A stretch of DNA of 64,000 nt from Ignavibacteriota bacterium (GTDB taxonomy: Bacteria > Bacteroidota > Ignavibacteria > Palsa-1295). Below are positions 60,142 to 64,000 of this stretch, in pieces (the first letter of the stretch is position 1; every line of letters begins with the position of its first letter). The stretch lies in the NCBI GenBank assembly GCA_963787835.1, contig CAWBEI010000002.1, forward strand, positions 1 through 64,000. Direction: 5' to 3'. The notes beneath the pieces are model-generated. The model saw nothing but the letters and a program-made list of their open reading frames with translations. It made no database searches and was not told the origin of the DNA. Position numbers and translations under genes: made by a program.

Positions 60142-61716
60142 ATGAACAAACCTACTACGCTCGGCGGGCTGAAGCTCGCCGGGTATGAGATCCTCCCCGT
60201 CAAGGAGGAAATGCGCCGCAATCTTATTCGGAAATTGCGGAATCGCGAACCATTATTTCCCGGAATTATTGGCTACGAAGACACCGTCATCCCGCAGCTT
60301 GTCAATGCCGTTCTCTCGAAGCATGATGTGATCTTTCTTGGATTGCGCGGTCAGGCAAAGACGCGAATTGCACGAATGCTTACGGAATTGCTCGATGAGT
60401 GGGTACCTATTGTCGAAAGCAGCGAAATAAATGATGATCCGTTTCATCCTATTTCATTTCATGCCACTCAAATGGTAAATGAAATGGGCGATGCAACGCC
60501 TATCGCGTGGATGCACCGCTCCGAACGCTACGGCGAAAAACTTGCCACTCCCGATGTAACGATTGCTGACATCATCGGTGACATCGACCCGCTCAAAGCC
60601 GCTCATCAGCGATTGCATTATTCGCATCAGGGGGCGATCCACTTCGGAATCATTCCACGCACCAATCGCGGCATATTCACCATCAACGAACTTCCCGATC
60701 TTCAGCCGCGCATTCAGGTCGGGCTGTTTAATCTGCTCGAAGAGCGAGATATTCAGATTCGCGGATTCAATATTCGCATTCCGCTCGATGTGATGATGGT
60801 CTTTACAGCCAATCCGGAGGATTATACCAATCGCGGAAATATTGTCACCCCGCTGAAAGATCGAATTGCATCTCAAATTCTTACGCACTACCCGATCTCG
60901 ATGGAAAATGCAATTGCCATCACCGAGCAGGAAGCGTGGACGGCTCGCTTCGGCGAAGAGGGCATTGTTGTGCCGAGATATTTCAAGGAAATTATCGAGC
61001 AAATCGCGTTCGAGGCTCGAAAATCGGAATTTATCGATCAAAAATCCGGCGTATCGGCGCGGCTTACGACAAGTGCAATGGAAGCGCTCATCTCGAATGC
61101 CGAGCGCCGCTCGATCATGAACGGCGATGAAATTATTTTGCCGCGCGTGACAGATCTGGCATTCGTCACAAGCGGCGTGACTGGCAAAGTGGAACTTGTC
61201 TTCGAGGGCGAGCAGGAAGGTATGGCAAAAGTGGCCCGCGCGCTTATTGGCAAAGCGGTGAAAGAGATATTCAAGAAATACTTCCCCGATCCGCTGCTAC
61301 GCGAACGGGCAAAAAATGCGCTCAATCGTTATGAAGAACGCTACGCCAAACAGCTCACGCCAACTGCTCCACAAAAAGAAGGCGAGTACGATGCTGTGCT
61401 AAATTGGTTCGCGCAGGGCAATATGATCTCCATCACGGACACGATGAAGTTCAATGATTATTTCAAAGAGCTTTCCCGCGTGCCGCGTTTGCGCGAACTA
61501 ACCACGCGCCATCTGAAAATTCAGGAGGCGAACCGGTTCGAACTTGCCAGCGCAATGGAATTCGTCCTCGATGGACTTCACCAAAATTCCAAACTCGCCA
61601 AAGAGGAAGAATTCGGTGTGCCCGAGATCACCTACCGAGATATGGTCGGGAGCATTTTTTCGCTGCCTAACGATGCGGGCGAGGAAGAAGATGGTGACGA
61701 GCCCGTACGCTTCTGA
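60142..61716 (+). CDS. AAA+ ATPase, magnesium-chelatase ChlI-like family
   Basis: GLRGQAKT, EKLATPD, INELPDL, FTANPEDYTNRG, GVSAR. Confidence 0.88.
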   Translation: MNKPTTLGGLKLAGYEILPVKEEMRRNLIRKLRNREPLFPGIIGYEDTVIPQLVNAVLSKHDVIFLGLRGQAKTRIARMLTELLDEWVPIVESSEINDDPFHPISFHATQMVNEMGDATPIAWMHRSERYGEKLATPDVTIADIIGDIDPLKAAHQRLHYSHQGAIHFGIIPRTNRGIFTINELPDLQPRIQVGLFNLLEERDIQIRGFNIRIPLDVMMVFTANPEDYTNRGNIVTPLKDRIASQILTHYPISMENAIAITEQEAWTARFGEEGIVVPRYFKEIIEQIAFEARKSEFIDQKSGVSARLTTSAMEALISNAERRSIMNGDEIILPRVTDLAFVTSGVTGKVELVFEGEQEGMAKVARALIGKAVKEIFKKYFPDPLLRERAKNALNRYEERYAKQLTPTAPQKEGEYDAVLNWFAQGNMISITDTMKFNDYFKELSRVPRLRELTTRHLKIQEANRFELASAMEFVLDGLHQNSKLAKEEEFGVPEITYRDMVGSIFSLPNDAGEEEDGDEPVRF

Positions 61717-61864
61717 TGTGAGGGCTGGGACTGACTAAGTGGCAATTCTGGGGTCATTTCGAGGGTGAGACAATAATTATAAAGATTTTTTTGTAACCCG
61801 AGCGACCTTGCGCGTTTTAACAATAGTGGGTCTTGGGCTCACTTCGGATAACTAAAGAACGATC

Positions 61865-64000
61865 ATGAAACGCATACTTATTCCAATTGCTGTTATTTAT
61901 GCACTTACATTTGCAATTTTGCCGATCGCCGGAGCCCAATGGGTAGAAATTAATGGTAAAGGAGGATGTTCTGCAACCTCGTTTGCCAGCAGTGGCTCAA
62001 GTATCTTTGCGGGCACAAATAACGGAGCTATCCTCTCAACTGATAATGGAGCAACATGGAATGTTCAGGATGCAGGATTGAAGGATAGCAATGTAACCGC
62101 AATGTTTGCGTTCGATACCACCGTCCTTGCCGGAACCGAAAGAGCAGACGACGAATCCACGAGCATCTATCGTTGGGATGCTGCTACTCAGACCTGGATA
62201 CTGACCGGCTTTGTGCCAACCTTCTACTCCCCGCTTTATGCATTTGCCTTGTTAGGGCCTTTCGTGTACGCAATCACGGATCGGGCACTTGCGATTTCAA
62301 CAGACCGGGGTAACTCATGGGAAATCAATGATACTTCATTCCAATCGCTGGGATTGCTTTCCATCGCACCATTATCCACACTCTTGTTTGCCGGAACCGA
62401 TAGTGGCGTCTATTCTTCTCTCGATTTCGGCGCAAGCTGGCAGAGAGCCAGCTCAGGCTTCCTTAATAGGGTGCCTGTCACAAGTCTTGCTGTACTGGGA
62501 AACGATCTTTTTGCTGGAACCGAAAATGGAATTTACCGCTCAGTGGATGAGGGGGTCACCTGGTCACAACTGAATTTCAGTGTTCCCTTATATAGTACAG
62601 TCATGTCTCTCTATGTGAGCGGCACAAATATTTATGCGAGCACCATAGATGGTGTTTTTCTTTCCACTGACAGCGGCATCACTTGGACAACACTGAATAC
62701 CGGACTAACAAATAGGAAGGTGCAGGCCATCGATCTAATCAGCAATACTCTTTTGGCGGGAACTCAGGGTGATGGAATATTCCGCTCTATCGATAGCGGT
62801 CAGCACTGGATCGCCAATAATACTGGACTGACCGGAACGTATGTTCGGAGTATCTACCATAGCGGTCGCGCTTTGTTTGCAGGTGAAGATGTGGAAGATA
62901 ATATGGATGATGGGGGCAGCCTTCGCTCGACTGACGAGGGAGAAAGCTGGAAATCTATCAGTCCCGATTCGGCGACTCAAGATATTACCTCATTCTCGGT
63001 TATCAATAATAATCTCTTTATGGGAACCGGTGATCAAGTCGGAAATGCAGATTTAGGGTTATATTTTTCGACCAACGATGGTTTAACCTGGGAGCTCCGA
63101 GATACAGGTTTAAGCTCCAACTACGCAATATTTTCTTACACTACGATGGGGAATAAGCTTTTTGCAGGAGCGAACGGGATGGGAATTTATCGTTCTTCCG
63201 ATACCGGCATCACCTGGTCGCCCATCGATTCTGGCCTCGCAAATTATGCAAGGGTTTTCAGCTTGGTGGTTAATGGGAATACACTATTTGCTGCAACCTA
63301 CAACGGAATTTATCGCTCCGATGATAGCGGAAATATCTGGGAACGAGCCGATAACGGCCTAACGGATACAGATATTTTTTGTTTGACCGTAGATGGTAAC
63401 GACATTTTTGCAGCGGATGTAAACTATCAAGGAGTTTTTCGTTCAACAAATAACGGAGCAAGCTGGGAACAAGTAAACAATGGTTTACCCTATAATACAT
63501 TTGCCTATTCATTCGCGGCGCAGGGATCGAATCTTTTTGTTGGAGTGGAAGGCGGGGTCTATTTAAGCACGGATTTCGGTGAAACCTGGATCGATGAGAA
63601 TCAAGGAATGCAATCTGGCGCGTTCTGTGGCAGCCTTGCTATTGACAGCACGTATCTCTTCACAACGGCCTATTCAGAAACAGGCCCGAATGTCTATGGT
63701 GGCGTCTGGCGCCGCCCGCTCTCAGAAATGATCGCTACTGCTGCTGTCACTCCCACACCGACAGCGCAGCGATCCATTACCGCATTCCCCAATCCCTGCA
63801 CTTCATCCTCGACAATCGCTTTTTCCTGTGCGGAAGCTGGCGCGGGGGAAGTTACCATCGTCAATCTGCTAGGTGCGGAGGTTGCGCGGATTTTCGAGGG
63901 TGAGTTGTCGGCTGGCGAGCATTCTTTTACCTGGGATGCAAGCGGTGTGGCGCCGGGAATGTATGAGTGTGTCGTCCTCGTAAATGGAGTTGTTCAGCGA
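61865..64000 (+). CDS. T9SS-sorted BNR/Asp-box multi-propeller protein; runs off the window end and is absent from the ORF track
   Basis: MKRILIPIAVIYALTFAILPIAGAQW; STDNGATW, STDRGNSW, SVDEGVTW and further repeats; GVWRRPLS; FPNP...NLLG...APGMY CTD. Start and end are in the same frame. Confidence 0.85.
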   Translation, partial: MKRILIPIAVIYALTFAILPIAGAQWVEINGKGGCSATSFASSGSSIFAGTNNGAILSTDNGATWNVQDAGLKDSNVTAMFAFDTTVLAGTERADDESTSIYRWDAATQTWILTGFVPTFYSPLYAFALLGPFVYAITDRALAISTDRGNSWEINDTSFQSLGLLSIAPLSTLLFAGTDSGVYSSLDFGASWQRASSGFLNRVPVTSLAVLGNDLFAGTENGIYRSVDEGVTWSQLNFSVPLYSTVMSLYVSGTNIYASTIDGVFLSTDSGITWTTLNTGLTNRKVQAIDLISNTLLAGTQGDGIFRSIDSGQHWIANNTGLTGTYVRSIYHSGRALFAGEDVEDNMDDGGSLRSTDEGESWKSISPDSATQDITSFSVINNNLFMGTGDQVGNADLGLYFSTNDGLTWELRDTGLSSNYAIFSYTTMGNKLFAGANGMGIYRSSDTGITWSPIDSGLANYARVFSLVVNGNTLFAATYNGIYRSDDSGNIWERADNGLTDTDIFCLTVDGNDIFAADVNYQGVFRSTNNGASWEQVNNGLPYNTFAYSFAAQGSNLFVGVEGGVYLSTDFGETWIDENQGMQSGAFCGSLAIDSTYLFTTAYSETGPNVYGGVWRRPLSEMIATAAVTPTPTAQRSITAFPNPCTSSSTIAFSCAEAGAGEVTIVNLLGAEVARIFEGELSAGEHSFTWDASGVAPGMYECVVLVNGVVQR

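Noticed and set aside
1-64000. tRNA, rRNA, riboswitch, prophage or transposase
   Set aside because: None recognised by eye in intergenic regions or ORFs. A covariance-model scan could still find small RNAs.

Overview
A 64 kb bacterial chromosomal window, probably from an FCB-group organism (Bacteroidota/Chlorobi/Ignavibacteria/Kapabacteria-like). That placement is inferred from about 10 distinct T9SS C-terminal-domain proteins and TAnnTTTG promoter elements. Positions 1-15231 form one giant inverted repeat centred at ~7608. Its arms carry complementary indel errors and the fold cuts an ORF, so it is most likely a long-read fold-back artefact. It duplicates pirin, an ABC peptide-binding protein, typA, a degenerate RecA-like ATPase, a BrnT/BrnA-like pair and a T9SS cargo gene. 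The rest is rich in envelope, lipid and secreted-protein genes. The main highlight is a serine palmitoyltransferase fused in frame to a bacterial ceramide-synthase-type GNAT domain (37337-39775), with a second stand-alone ceramide-synthase paralogue at 51262-52398. Other notable items: two tandem T9SS aryl-sulfate sulfotransferases, one lacking two active-site histidines; a Kdo hydroxylase-GT9-PlsC-GNAT operon; a tandem array of T9SS beta-propeller proteins; an uncharacterised secreted trio opposite an OmpA lipoprotein; and several REP/MITE-like palindrome families. I saw no rRNA, tRNA, CRISPR array or transposase. All assignments come from motif recognition by eye; no database searches were run.
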